DNA of 64,000 nt from Thalassobaculaceae bacterium (GTDB taxonomy: Bacteria; Pseudomonadota; Alphaproteobacteria; Thalassobaculales; Thalassobaculaceae), in the NCBI GenBank assembly GCA_965228875.1, contig OZ245843.1, forward strand, positions 3,330,616-3,394,615, in the 5' to 3' direction. Position numbers and translations under genes: made by a program. Position 1 is the stretch's first letter, and each line of letters starts with the position of its first letter. Below are positions 51,444 through 61,213 of the stretch, piece by piece. The notes beneath the pieces were generated by a model, which worked only from the letters and a program-made list of their open reading frames with translations, did no database searches and was not told where the DNA came from.

Positions 51444-52167
51444 GGGCGCTGTCCAGATCCGGCAGGGTCCGGGTGATCCGCGCCTCGCGCAGCTCCGGCG
51501 TCAGACGGAACTCGAGCCACATGATGCCCCGGGTGGCCAGGAAGTTGATCGCCAGATAGAAGACCGCCGCCACGAACAGCGGTTCGATGCTGAACGTCGC
51601 CGAAGTCGCCTTGCGGGCGATCAGTGTCATGTCGAGGATGGTGATCGTGCTGACCAGCGATGTCGACTTGACCATCAGGATGATCTCGTTGCCGTAGCCT
51701 GGGAGGGCCTGGCGGATCGCCTGGGGAAAGATCACGCGGCGGAAGCGCTGCCATGTTCCCATGCCGCAGGCCTTGGCGGCCTCGACCTGTCCCCAGGGCA
51801 CCGACAGCAGCCCGCCACGGATGATTTCCGAGGTGTAGGCCGTCGTGTTCAGGGTGAGCGCCAGGACCGCGCACCAGTACGCCTCCTTCAGCACCACCCA
51901 CGCGACGCTCTCGCGCACCGCCTCGAACTGGCCGAGGCCGTAGTAGATCAGGAAGATCTGCACAAGCAGCGGCGTCGAGCGGAAGCAGTAGACATAGGCG
52001 TAGGCCGCCCATTGCGCCGGCCGGTAGGGCGACAGCCGCACCAGTGCCAGACCGATCGCCAGGAAGAAGCCGATCACCAGCGAGCCGGCGGCGATGGAGA
52101 GGGTATAGGGCAGGCCGTTGGCGACCAGTTCCCAGGTGTTCTGCGGATCGTCGAACAGCTTCACCAT
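51433..52167 (-). CDS. Polar amino-acid ABC permease (HisM-like)
   Basis: FRSTPLLVQ, AYTSEIIRG, GQVEAA, KSTSL. Confidence 0.9.
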   Translation of the reverse strand: MVKLFDDPQNTWELVANGLPYTLSIAAGSLVIGFFLAIGLALVRLSPYRPAQWAAYAYVYCFRSTPLLVQIFLIYYGLGQFEAVRESVAWVVLKEAYWCAVLALTLNTTAYTSEIIRGGLLSVPWGQVEAAKACGMGTWQRFRRVIFPQAIRQALPGYGNEIILMVKSTSLVSTITILDMTLIARKATSATFSIEPLFVAAVFYLAINFLATRGIMWLEFRLTPELREARITRTLPDLDSARAG

Positions 52168-52170
52168 GGT

Positions 52171-52884
52171 TCAGGCCCGCCGCACGCCGCGGTTGGCCCA
52201 GGTCTCGGCCCCGTCGAACACTTTATTGGAGAACGAGGTGAGGACCATGTAGAGCACCGCCGCGGTCACGAAGAACGTGAACGGCTCCTTGGTCGAGCCG
52301 GAGGCGACGAAGGCCTGGCGCATGATCTCGACCAGGCCAACCACCGAGATCAGCGAGGTGTCCTTGAGGGTGAGCTGCCACACGTTGCCGAGGCCCGGCA
52401 GGGCGTAGCGCGCGACCTGCGGCACCAGGATCCGGCGGAACAGCACCCACCGGCCCATGCCGCATGCCTTGGCCGCCTCGATCTGGCCCTTGGGCACGGC
52501 CAGCACCGCGCCGCGGATCACCTCCGTCGAATAGGCGCCGGAGATGAAGCCCAGCGCCAGCACGCCGGTGGTGAAGGCGTTGAACTCGATATATCCGGTG
52601 TAGCCGAACAGCCTTGCGACCGCCATCACCGCCTGACCGCCGCCGAAGAAGATGATGTAGATGGTGATGAGGTCCGGAATGCCGCGGACCAGGGTGGTGT
52701 AGAGATCGCCGATCAGCGGCACCAGCGGTATCCGGGAGAGCTTGACCGCCGCGCCGCCGGCGCCGAGCCCGATGCCGAGCGCGAAGGAGATCGTCGCGAC
52801 CAGCAGCGTCATCCCGGCGCCGCGGATCATCTCGTCACCCCAACCCGAGTCGCCCCAGGCCAGCAGGCTCATCCATTCCGGCAT
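52171..52884 (-). CDS. Polar amino-acid ABC permease (HisQ-like)
   Basis: YTTLVRGIP, GAYSTEVIRGA, GQIEAA, LPGLGNVW..LKDTSL. Confidence 0.9.
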   Translation of the reverse strand: MPEWMSLLAWGDSGWGDEMIRGAGMTLLVATISFALGIGLGAGGAAVKLSRIPLVPLIGDLYTTLVRGIPDLITIYIIFFGGGQAVMAVARLFGYTGYIEFNAFTTGVLALGFISGAYSTEVIRGAVLAVPKGQIEAAKACGMGRWVLFRRILVPQVARYALPGLGNVWQLTLKDTSLISVVGLVEIMRQAFVASGSTKEPFTFFVTAAVLYMVLTSFSNKVFDGAETWANRGVRRA

Positions 52885-52964
52885 GCGGGCGCCGCCCCCC
52901 TGTCGTCGAAAACAAGCGAGGACGGCCGACGGCCGTCCTCGCCCGATCAGTCAGCCGGCGCCGA

Positions 52965-53822
52965 TCAGTCCTTCGCCGACGCGTCGAAGCCGAAGTGCTC
53001 AATCGCCAGCTTGCTCAGCGTGCCGTCGGCGATCGCCTCGCCGATCGCCTTGGAGAACATGTCCGCCAGCGCCTGGTCTTCCTTGCGGATGCCCGCACCC
53101 ACGCCGTTGCCGAACGGACCGCCGGTGAAGCCCGGACCGACCATCTCCAGGCCCTTGCCCTCGTCCTTCTCGAGCAGCGGCTTCCAGTAGGACATGGCGG
53201 CCAGCGCCGCATCGACGCGGCCCGCCTGAAGGTCGAGGTCCAGGTTCTCCTGGGTGTCGTAGGTCTTCACCGTCACGTCGCCGGCGATGTAGCCGTTCAG
53301 GAAGCCCTCGTGGGTGGTGGCGATCTGCACGCCGATGGTCTTGCCGGCGAACGCCTCCTTGACCTTGTCGATGGCGGCCTGCTCGGCGGCGTCGACATCG
53401 GCCATCGTGACCGCGTCGAGGTCGGTCTTGAATCCGGCGAACGGACCGTCCGACTTCACGACGAAGACCGCCGGCGTGGCGGCGTAGGACCGCGAGAAGG
53501 CGATGACCTCCTTGCGCTTCTCGGTGATCGACATGCCCGCCATGATGACGTCGTACTTGCCGGCCTGCAGCGCCGGGATGATGCCTTCCCAGGCCTGCTG
53601 CTGCAGGGTGCACTCGACCTCCATGCGGGCGCACAGATCCTTGTAGAGATCAACCTCGAAGCCGACGAGGTTGCCGGAGGAGTCGGTATAGTTCCACGGC
53701 GCATAGGCGCCCTCGGTGGCGACGCGGACGCTGGAGCCCTTGCCCCAGTCGGCGGCCTGGGCGGCCGTGGCCAGGCCGGCGGCGAGAGCCGTAACGCCCA
53801 GCAAGGTGGTCAGTTTCTTCAT
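52965..53822 (-). CDS. Polar amino-acid ABC substrate-binding protein (Lys/Arg/Orn/opine-like)
   Basis: Signal peptide, ATEGAYAPWN, WEGIIPAL, GMSITEKR, LDLQAGRVD. Confidence 0.9.
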   Translation of the reverse strand: MKKLTTLLGVTALAAGLATAAQAADWGKGSSVRVATEGAYAPWNYTDSSGNLVGFEVDLYKDLCARMEVECTLQQQAWEGIIPALQAGKYDVIMAGMSITEKRKEVIAFSRSYAATPAVFVVKSDGPFAGFKTDLDAVTMADVDAAEQAAIDKVKEAFAGKTIGVQIATTHEGFLNGYIAGDVTVKTYDTQENLDLDLQAGRVDAALAAMSYWKPLLEKDEGKGLEMVGPGFTGGPFGNGVGAGIRKEDQALADMFSKAIGEAIADGTLSKLAIEHFGFDASAKD

Positions 53823-53875
53823 GTCAGGTCCTCCTGGTTATCGCTTCGTGGCGCCGGGTGGTCCCGGCGGATCCC

Positions 53876-54700
53876 TCAGTGCCCCGCGGCCGCCCCTTCG
53901 GTGGTCGCGAGGAATTGACGGCAACGCTCAGAGGCGGGGTTGCCGAAAACCTGCGCCGGCGGGCCCTGCTCCTCGATCCGGCCCTGATGCAGGAACACGA
54001 CCTCGTCCGAAACCTCGCGGGCGAAGCGCATTTCGTGGGTGACGATGATCATGGTCCGCCCCTCCTCGGCGAGCTGACGCATCACTCGAAGCACCTCGCC
54101 CACCAGTTCGGGATCGAGGGCGGAGGTCGGCTCGTCGAACAGCATCACCCTTGGCTCCATCGCCAGGGCGCGGGCAATGGCGCACCGCTGCTGCTGGCCG
54201 CCGGAGAGATGGGCCGGGTACTGGTCGCGCTTGTCCGCGATCCCGACCTTGTCCAGCAGCTCCTCCGCCTTTTCGACCGCCTCGCGCTTGGGGACGCCGA
54301 GCACGTGCACCGGCGCTTCGATCACGTTCTCGAGCACCGTCATGTGGGTCCACAGGTTGAAGCTCTGGAACACCATGGCGAGCCGGGAGCGGATGCGGTC
54401 GACCTGCTTGACGTCGGCCGGCTTGAGACCGCCGTCGCGGGTCGGAACCATGCGGATGAGTTCCCCGTCGACCCGAACCTCGCCGGAATTGGGGATCTCC
54501 AGCAGGTTGATGCAGCGCAGGAAGGTCGACTTTCCCGACCCCGACGCGCCGATCATCGAGATCACGTTGGCGTTGGCCGTGGAGAGCGAGACGCCGCGAA
54601 GCACCTCCAACTCGCCGAACCGCTTGTGCAGGTCCCGGACATCCAGCATCGGCGGAGAATCGGCGGACCGTTCTGTGGTCTGGGCCTCGGCAATGGCCAT
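53876..54700 (-). CDS. Polar amino-acid ABC ATP-binding protein (HisP-like)
   Basis: [34 protein letters not shown]. Confidence 0.92.
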   Translation of the reverse strand: MAIAEAQTTERSADSPPMLDVRDLHKRFGELEVLRGVSLSTANANVISMIGASGSGKSTFLRCINLLEIPNSGEVRVDGELIRMVPTRDGGLKPADVKQVDRIRSRLAMVFQSFNLWTHMTVLENVIEAPVHVLGVPKREAVEKAEELLDKVGIADKRDQYPAHLSGGQQQRCAIARALAMEPRVMLFDEPTSALDPELVGEVLRVMRQLAEEGRTMIIVTHEMRFAREVSDEVVFLHQGRIEEQGPPAQVFGNPASERCRQFLATTEGAAAGH

Positions 54701-54844
54701 CGGTGATCGCCCCACCCATGCGATGCAAAAAGGAAACAATCCCCGCAGCATAACCGGCTGGCAACAGCCGGCAAGCGGTATCGGTGAGAAACGGCGATCG
54801 CCCGTGACGCGCCGGTGTGAGGGAGTCGGTGTGCGGGACGCGGA

Positions 54845-55546
54845 TCAGGCCGACGAGCTGCGGGCCGAGCGCCAGGCGCGGGTGAAACGCCCCGGCTTCG
54901 GCAGATAGTCGCCGATCGACTTCAGCCGGGCGGTCAGCTTCGGCACCTTCATGACGTCGGCGATCCGCCGGTCGAGGAACGCCCAGGTATCGGCGTGACC
55001 TTCCGAGCCGTCGTCCAGCCAGTACAGCAGGGTCGAGCCGAACACCGCGGCGAGCAGACCGCGCTTGGAGTAGAAGTTGAAGTCGGTCGCGGTGTCGCCG
55101 CAGACCCGCCAGATCGTGTCGACGGTCCGGTACAGACTGCGCGCGCCCATTCCGGCGTTGCCCGGCAGGGCCAGGTAGGAGAGCGCCCGTCGCACGGCTT
55201 CCTTGTGCGGCTCGGCGCGCTCGAGACGCAGGCGCACGCCCAGGGCCACCTTCTCGCGGATCTTCAGGCCGTCGAGGCCGTGGGCGCGCATGTCGTCGGC
55301 CATCCGGGCGTCGGCCCGGTCCAGCCAGTAGGTCACGGCATCGCGCAGGCCGGTCGGAAACGCGATATCCACATCCTCGGCGACGAGGCCGGCCGATCGG
55401 GCACCGTCTACCAGCGACTTGCGGGTCCAGCCGTCGAACAGAACGTTGGGCAGGGCCGCGTCGAGGATGCGGTCGCGCAGGGCATCCATCGGTCCGCCCT
55501 CCCCACGAGGTCCGGTTGCGGCCCCGTCTGTCGCCTCTCCCGTCAT
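54845..55546 (-). CDS. COQ9 family protein (rpsU-divergent)
   Basis: FDGW, IWRVCGDTATDFNFYSKR, TWAFLDRRI; alternative start 55489. Confidence 0.85.
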   Translation of the reverse strand: MTGEATDGAATGPRGEGGPMDALRDRILDAALPNVLFDGWTRKSLVDGARSAGLVAEDVDIAFPTGLRDAVTYWLDRADARMADDMRAHGLDGLKIREKVALGVRLRLERAEPHKEAVRRALSYLALPGNAGMGARSLYRTVDTIWRVCGDTATDFNFYSKRGLLAAVFGSTLLYWLDDGSEGHADTWAFLDRRIADVMKVPKLTARLKSIGDYLPKPGRFTRAWRSARSSSA

Positions 55547-56118
55547 CGCGTCGGGTCCTCCCGAACGGTGGGATCCGGCGCCGCAACGCTGCGCATGTCC
55601 GCCTCCAGCAATTCCTCGACATAACCGAACCGGCTGAAGTCCGTCATCCGGTCCAAGTAGAGGACACCGTCGAGATGATCGACCTCGTGCTGCAGGACCC
55701 GGGCCCGCATACCGGACATCACGGTGTCCACGGGCCGGCCCTCGGGGGTTGTCGCCTGCAGTCGCACCCGCATCCAGCGTTCCACCTCGCCCCGCATCCC
55801 GGGCAGGGACAGGCAGCCTTCGAACGCGCGCGCCCGATCCTCGCCGACGGGGGTGAGGACCGGATTGACCAGCGCCGTCAGCGCCAGCGGACCGTCGTCC
55901 GGGTCGTCCCCGTCGCGGCCGGACGGCACCGAGATCAGGATCACGCGCCGCGAGACGCCGATCTGCGGCGCCGCCAGTCCGATCCCGCCGGCCGCCTCCA
56001 GGCTCACGGTCATGTCGGCGACCAGCGCCGCCACATCCGGCGCCGTGGGATCGGTCACCGCATCGGCCGGACGCCGCAGAACGGGGTCGCCTGCGCGGAC
56101 TATGGACTTCGGAGTCAT
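55543..56118 (-). CDS. def: Peptide deformylase
   Basis: GIGLAAPQIG, EGCLS, QHEVDHLDG. Confidence 0.95.
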   Translation of the reverse strand: MTPKSIVRAGDPVLRRPADAVTDPTAPDVAALVADMTVSLEAAGGIGLAAPQIGVSRRVILISVPSGRDGDDPDDGPLALTALVNPVLTPVGEDRARAFEGCLSLPGMRGEVERWMRVRLQATTPEGRPVDTVMSGMRARVLQHEVDHLDGVLYLDRMTDFSRFGYVEELLEADMRSVAAPDPTVREDPTR

Positions 56119-56287
56119 GTTCAGGCATATAGCGCGCCCACCGGGGCGGGTCCAGACGACCTCGTCCTGGTACGGCACGGCGTTTTAAGGTATGGTTACC
56201 CAACGTGCTGGTCGATTGGTCCGGGATCGGATCCGTCGAACCGGCGTTTGTTTGTGCCGACACAACGAGGAAAGGAGTCTGAAACCC

Positions 56288-56491
56288 GTGCAAGTATCCG
56301 TTCGCGACAACAACGTCGATCAGGCCCTGCGCGCGCTGAAGAAGAAGATGCAGCGCGAGGGTGTCTTCCGCGAGATGAAGCTGCGCCGCAACTACGAGAA
56401 GCCTTCGGAGAAGAAGGCGCGCGAGCGCGCGGAGGCGGTGCGTCGCTATCGCAAGCTCATGCGCAAGCGCATGGAGCGCGAAGGCTACTAG
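56288..56491 (+). CDS. rpsU: 30S ribosomal protein S21
   Basis: [21 protein letters not shown]...YEKPSE; GTG start after AAGGAG. Confidence 0.96.
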   Translation: MQVSVRDNNVDQALRALKKKMQREGVFREMKLRRNYEKPSEKKARERAEAVRRYRKLMRKRMEREGY

Positions 56492-56536
56492 TTTCCGGCC
56501 GGGCGGCCTCGCGGCCGCCCCGACACGCCGACGCTG

Positions 56537-56561
56537 AGCCGCCCGGATCGGGCGGCTTTTT
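56537..56561 (+). terminator. Intrinsic terminator after rpsU
   Basis: agccgcccg-gat-cgggcggct followed by tttt. Confidence 0.8.
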
Positions 56562-56633
56562 GCGTTTCGTGAATTGCCGCGCCCATCCGCGCCCCATAGA
56601 GTTCCGGTGTCGAACCGACGCCCGGAGGACGGC

Positions 56634-57305
56634 ATGAGCAGTCACGATCACGACCATCATCACGACCACAGCCACGGTGACGATCACGGTCACGGCCACG
56701 ACCATCCACGCCTGAGCGAGCTGCAGCTCCGGGTCAAGGCGCTGGAATCGCTGCTGGTCGAGAAGGGGCTGGTCGATCCGGCCGCCCTCGACGTGTTCGT
56801 CGACACCTACGAGACCAAGGTCGGCCCGCGCAACGGTGCGGCGGTCGTCGCCAAGGCCTGGACCGATCCGGCCTTCAAGCGTCGGCTGCTCGAGGATCCG
56901 TCGACCACGATCAAGTCCTTCGGCTTCGAGGGCCGGCAGGGCGAGCACATGGTCGTCGTCGAGAACACCGAGACGGTGCACAACCTGGTCGTCTGCACGC
57001 TCTGCTCCTGCTACCCGTGGCCGGTGCTCGGACTGCCGCCGGTCTGGTACAAATCGGCCCCCTACCGGTCGCGCGCGGTCAACGATCCGCGCGGCGTGCT
57101 CGCCGATTTCGGCACCGAGCTGGCGGACGACGTCGAGATCCGGGTCTGGGATTCGACGGCCGAGATGCGCTACCTCGTGCTGCCCCGGCGCCCCGACGGG
57201 ACCGACCACCTGAGCGAGGCGGAACTGGCCGACATCGTCACCCGCAACTCGATGATTGGGGTCGAGACGGTGTCCTACCCTCCGCGCCAGGAGGCTGCAG
57301 AATGA
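56634..57305 (+). CDS. nthA: Nitrile hydratase alpha subunit (cobalt type)
   Basis: VCTLCSCY metal motif (Thr/Tyr indicates Co type), His-rich N-terminus. Confidence 0.95.
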   Translation: MSSHDHDHHHDHSHGDDHGHGHDHPRLSELQLRVKALESLLVEKGLVDPAALDVFVDTYETKVGPRNGAAVVAKAWTDPAFKRRLLEDPSTTIKSFGFEGRQGEHMVVVENTETVHNLVVCTLCSCYPWPVLGLPPVWYKSAPYRSRAVNDPRGVLADFGTELADDVEIRVWDSTAEMRYLVLPRRPDGTDHLSEAELADIVTRNSMIGVETVSYPPRQEAAE

Positions 57306-57952
57306 ACGGCGCGCACGACATGGGCGGCATGCACGGTTTCGGTCCGGTCGAGGACGAGCCGGTGACGCCGGTCTTCCACGGCGAGTGGGAGAAGAAGGCC
57401 TTCGCCCTCACCCTTGCCTGCGGCGGGCTCGGCCAGTGGTCGATCGACGAGGGCCGCTACGCCCGCGAACGCCAGCCCCCGGCGCAATACCTGCGCAACA
57501 CCTACTACGAGATGTGGCTGGAAGGTTTGGAGACGCTGCTGGTCGAGAAGGGCCTGGTCACGCCGGAGGAACTGGCGACCGGCAAGGCCGACGGGCCGGG
57601 CCGGCTTCCCGCCCTGCCGGCCGACCGGGTGTTCAAGGCACTGCAGCAGGGCTCGCCCTATATCCGCGACGTGCCGAACGCGCCGCGGTTCAGGGTCGGG
57701 GACAAAGTGCGGGTGAAGACCTTCAACCCGGCCACGCACACGCGCGCGCCGCGCTACGTGCGCGGCCATGTCGGCACGGTGGTCATGCACCACGGCGCCC
57801 ATGTCTATGCCGACACCAGCGCCACCGGCGACCATGACACCGCCCACCATCTCTACAACGTCGCCTTCGACGCCGACGTGCTGTGGGGACCCGACGGCCA
57901 GGGCGGCACCGTCCATGCCGATCTCTGGGAACCTTATCTGGAGCCGGCATGA
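57302..57952 (+). CDS. nthB: Nitrile hydratase beta subunit
   Basis: [31 protein letters not shown]. Confidence 0.95.
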   Translation: MNGAHDMGGMHGFGPVEDEPVTPVFHGEWEKKAFALTLACGGLGQWSIDEGRYARERQPPAQYLRNTYYEMWLEGLETLLVEKGLVTPEELATGKADGPGRLPALPADRVFKALQQGSPYIRDVPNAPRFRVGDKVRVKTFNPATHTRAPRYVRGHVGTVVMHHGAHVYADTSATGDHDTAHHLYNVAFDADVLWGPDGQGGTVHADLWEPYLEPA

Positions 57953-58320
57953 ACGCGCCCGCCGTCGAACTCGAAAGCCTGCCCCGCATCCCGGTCGACC
58001 ATGACGGTCCGGTGTTCCGCGAGCCCTGGGAGGCCCAGGCCTTCGCCATCGCCATCAAGCTGCACGAGGGCGGGCTCTATACCTGGACCGAATGGGCCGA
58101 GGCGCTGTCGAACGAGATCGTGGCGGCCCAGGCCGAAGGCGACCCGGATCTGGGCGACACCTACTACCAGCACTGGCTCCGGGCGCTGGAGGGACTGGTC
58201 CTGGCCAAGACCGACCTGACCGTGGAACAGCTGCTCAGACGCAAGGACGCCTGGGACCGCGCCGCCCAGCGTTCCCCCCATGGCGAGCCGATCCTGCTCC
58301 CGGAGGACGAGGCCGGGTAG
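57949..58320 (+). CDS. Nitrile hydratase accessory/activator protein
   Basis: PVFREPWEAQAF, YYQHWLRALE, PHGEP; coupled to nthB. Confidence 0.88.
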   Translation: MNAPAVELESLPRIPVDHDGPVFREPWEAQAFAIAIKLHEGGLYTWTEWAEALSNEIVAAQAEGDPDLGDTYYQHWLRALEGLVLAKTDLTVEQLLRRKDAWDRAAQRSPHGEPILLPEDEAG

Positions 58321-58323
58321 GCC

Positions 58324-59031
58324 TCACTCCCCCCGTTCGTCGCGCGGCACCAGATGGTGCAGGGCGAGCGCCAGTTCGGCGATGGGCTGGGTCTGGACGA
58401 TGACCTTGCCGGGGCCGGTGATGTGGGTGACGAACAGGCCCTCGCCGCCGAACATCAGGTTCTTGATGCCCCGCTGAAAGGCGATGTCGTAGTCGCAGGT
58501 CGCCGAGAACCCGACCAGGCAGCCGGTGTCCACGGTCAGGGTCTCTCCGGCCTCCAGGTCGCGCTCGATCAGCGTGCCGCCGGCCCCGAGGAAGGCCCAA
58601 CCGTCGCCCTCCAGCTTCTGCAGGATCAGCCCCTCGCCGCCGAACAGGCCGGAGGTCAGGCGCTTGGTCAACGCCACCGTGATCTCGATGCCGCGGGCCG
58701 AGGCGAGATAGGCCCGGCGCTGGCAGTAGAAGGCGCCGCCCTGCTTGGCGAGGTCGAGCGGGCGGATCTGCCCCGGCATCGGCGAGGCGAAGGAGACCCG
58801 TCGGCGCTGGCTCCCCTCGTTGGTGAAGAACGTCATGAAGAAGGTCTCGCCCGAGACCTTGCGCAGAATGCTGCCGAAGAAGCCGCCCGGCATCTCCGTC
58901 GACATGGTGACGTCCGGCTCCATCATCACCATGGCGCCGGCCTCGGCCTGCACCGCCTCGCCAGGGTCGAGGGTGATGGTGAGCATCGGCGAGAAGTCGC
59001 CCTCGATCTCGTAGTCGATGTCGTCGGCCAT
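58324..59031 (-). CDS. TIGR00266/AIM24 family protein
   Basis: AEAGAM, GETFF, FGGEG twice, VDTGCLV, GPGKV..Q. Confidence 0.85.
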   Translation of the reverse strand: MADDIDYEIEGDFSPMLTITLDPGEAVQAEAGAMVMMEPDVTMSTEMPGGFFGSILRKVSGETFFMTFFTNEGSQRRRVSFASPMPGQIRPLDLAKQGGAFYCQRRAYLASARGIEITVALTKRLTSGLFGGEGLILQKLEGDGWAFLGAGGTLIERDLEAGETLTVDTGCLVGFSATCDYDIAFQRGIKNLMFGGEGLFVTHITGPGKVIVQTQPIAELALALHHLVPRDERGE

Positions 59032-59066
59032 GGACCCGGCTCCGTCCGTCTGATGGGAGCCGCAGG

Positions 59067-59369
59067 CTACACTAGCAGGCGGATCGCCGCGACCATGCCG
59101 ACGGAGCCGAAGACCGCGATCATCGCGGACGCGCCGGTGCGGCCGATCAGCACCGCCACCAGGATCGCCACCGTCGGCGCCCAGCCTCCCTGCAGCGCGA
59201 TCGGCGCGAGAATGGCGACCACCAGGGAGCCCGGCAGGTGGTCCAGGCCGCGGCGTACCGCTCCCCCCTCGGGCACCAGGCGCATCAGCCAGAAGCCGCC
59301 GATCCGGGTCAGCCAGGTGACGAAGGCCATCGCCAGGATGGCGAGCCAGACCAGCGCCTCCTCACTCAC
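59067..59369 (-). CDS. AzlD family membrane protein
   Basis: Small multi-TM protein, VTWLTR.GG, LP.S...AI..P; coupled to AzlC. Confidence 0.78.
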   Translation of the reverse strand: MSEEALVWLAILAMAFVTWLTRIGGFWLMRLVPEGGAVRRGLDHLPGSLVVAILAPIALQGGWAPTVAILVAVLIGRTGASAMIAVFGSVGMVAAIRLLV

Positions 59370-60060
59370 GGCTCAACGCTCCCACCCCGGCGCCGACAAG
59401 GCCGCCGACCACTACATGCCAGGCGCCCGGAAGGACCTGGTGGGCAAGAACCGCGGCCACTCCGGCGGCGATCCAGGGATGCAGGCGCCGCACGCCCGGC
59501 CAGAGGGAGTTCAGCGTCAGGGCGAAGAAGGCGGGGACGATCACGTCGATCCCGAACGCCGCCGGGTCGCCGATCGCCGACCCCGCCAGATGTCCGATCC
59601 CGGTGCCGGAGACCCAGCCGACCCACATCACCGCCCCGCTGCCGACCAGGAACGCGCCGTCGACCTCGCCCTTGCGCCGCTCGGCCATGGCCATCGCCCA
59701 GTTGGCGTCGGTCATCATGGTGAGCGCGGCATGGGACTGGACGAACGGCAGGCTGTGCAGCCACGGCCGAAGGGCAGCCCCCATCACCACGTGGCGGATG
59801 TTGATCGCGAAGGCGGCGACTGCCAGGCCCAACACGGCCGGCGGCGTGGTCCAGACGTCCATCGCCACCATCTGCGAGGCGCCGGCGAAGACGAACGCGC
59901 TCATGCCCAGGGCCTGAGCCAGGTCGAGCCCTGTGTCGCGCGCCAGGATGCCGTAGCCGAGGCCGAAGACGATCGAGGCGATGGCCAGCGGAACGCACAT
60001 CACCGCGCCCCGGCGCGCGCCGTCGAGGGTGAAGATGACCGTGGCTTTGTCGTTTTCCAT
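59362..60060 (-). CDS. AzlC family exporter subunit
   Basis: VFAGASQ, INIRH, TDANWA, W..GT..G. Confidence 0.85.
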   Translation of the reverse strand: MENDKATVIFTLDGARRGAVMCVPLAIASIVFGLGYGILARDTGLDLAQALGMSAFVFAGASQMVAMDVWTTPPAVLGLAVAAFAINIRHVVMGAALRPWLHSLPFVQSHAALTMMTDANWAMAMAERRKGEVDGAFLVGSGAVMWVGWVSGTGIGHLAGSAIGDPAAFGIDVIVPAFFALTLNSLWPGVRRLHPWIAAGVAAVLAHQVLPGAWHVVVGGLVGAGVGALSRE

Positions 60061-60069
60061 GGACCGATC

Positions 60070-60089
60070 AACTAACCGGTTATATAGTT
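60070..60089. promoter_or_regulatory. Candidate operator between azlC and the CGNR regulator
   Basis: Perfect palindrome TAACCGGTTA (60073-60082) inside aacta...tagtt, in a 38-bp divergent spacer. Confidence 0.45.
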
Positions 60090-60098
60090 ATAGGCAAG

Positions 60099-60680
60099 AT
60101 GAATGAGTCCTCCAAGGCTGTTTTGTTCGGCTATCAGCCGGTCGGTGGGCGCCCGTGCCTCGACTTCGTCAACACGGTCGATTGGCGCGCCACCGACGAT
60201 CCGCGTGACCTTCTGGTCGATGGGGACGCGGTCGACGCCTGGCTCGCCATCGCGCTCGACCACCCGCCGATGCGTCTGGCCGACGATGCGGTGGCACGCC
60301 TGCGGCTGCTGCGCGAGGCGATCTACCGGTTGGTCTCGAGCGAACCCGCCGCGGGCGACCTCGCCGTTCTGAACGATGCCCTGTCCCAGGGCGGGCAGCG
60401 CGCCCAGCTGATCGGAGGGTCAGGCGGCTACCGATGGGCGGCGGAGGAAGAGGCATTCAGCCTTGCCGTGCTCCGCGCCCGCCTCGCGCGGTCCGCCGCC
60501 GATCTCCTCGTCGACCCCGACCGCCTCGCCCGGGTCCGCAACTGCCATGGCGCGGGGTGCGGCTGGCTGTTCTATGACGAGAGCCGGGCCGGGAACCGCC
60601 GCTGGTGCTCGATGAAGACCTGCGGCAACCGGGAGAAGGCGCGGGTCCACTATCGCCGCTCTAAGCAGCGCGGATCGTAA
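60099..60680 (+). CDS. ABATE/CGNR zinc-finger domain protein
   Basis: LDFVNT N-terminus; C....C.WLF.D.SR...RRWCSM..CGNR. Confidence 0.9.
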   Translation: MNESSKAVLFGYQPVGGRPCLDFVNTVDWRATDDPRDLLVDGDAVDAWLAIALDHPPMRLADDAVARLRLLREAIYRLVSSEPAAGDLAVLNDALSQGGQRAQLIGGSGGYRWAAEEEAFSLAVLRARLARSAADLLVDPDRLARVRNCHGAGCGWLFYDESRAGNRRWCSMKTCGNREKARVHYRRSKQRGS

Positions 60681-60712
60681 TCGCGCCCCTTGTATCGGGC
60701 AGGGCCTCTTAA

Positions 60713-60736
60713 TATATCAAGAAATATCTTGGTTTT
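60713..60736 (+). promoter_or_regulatory. Inverted repeat (candidate operator) upstream of the VOC gene
   Basis: tatatCAAGA-aata-TCTTGgtttt, just upstream of the GGAGG RBS. Confidence 0.5.
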
Positions 60737-60748
60737 ATGGAGGTTGCC

Positions 60749-61201
60749 ATGGCCACCCCCCGCAGGGCTCGCGCCGTCGGTTTCAATCATGTCGCCCTCG
60801 AAGTCGGCGACATCGACGAGGCGCTGGCGTTCTACGGCCGGTTGTTCGATTTCACCCTCAGGAGCCGGAGCGAGACCTCCGCCTTCATCGATCTCGGCGA
60901 CCAGTTTCTCGCGTTGCAGAAGGGTCGCCGTCAGAGCCCGGACGAAGGCCGGCATTTCGGCCTGGTGGTCGACGACCGGGACGCGGTGCGCGCCGCGCTC
61001 GAGGACACCGGCGTCGCGGTGCTGCCGGGCCGCTTCCTCGATTTCCTGGATCCCTGGGGCAACCGCATCGAGATCGTGCCCTACGACAACATCCAGTTCT
61101 CCAAGACGGATGGCGTGCTGCGCGGCATGGGCATGAGCGACCTGACGAAGAACGAGAAGGCGATCAGGGAACTGGCCGACAAGGGGATGGACCCCGCCTG
61201 A
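60749..61201 (+). CDS. VOC/glyoxalase family protein
   Basis: NHVALEV.D...A..FY, HFGLVV, DPWGNRIE. Confidence 0.88.
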   Translation: MATPRRARAVGFNHVALEVGDIDEALAFYGRLFDFTLRSRSETSAFIDLGDQFLALQKGRRQSPDEGRHFGLVVDDRDAVRAALEDTGVAVLPGRFLDFLDPWGNRIEIVPYDNIQFSKTDGVLRGMGMSDLTKNEKAIRELADKGMDPA

Positions 61202-61213
61202 CCGCTCCCGATC

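Noticed and set aside
54845..56491. COQ9-def divergent from rpsU as a novel association
   Set aside because: A COQ9-family gene divergent from rpsU is a known alphaproteobacterial arrangement
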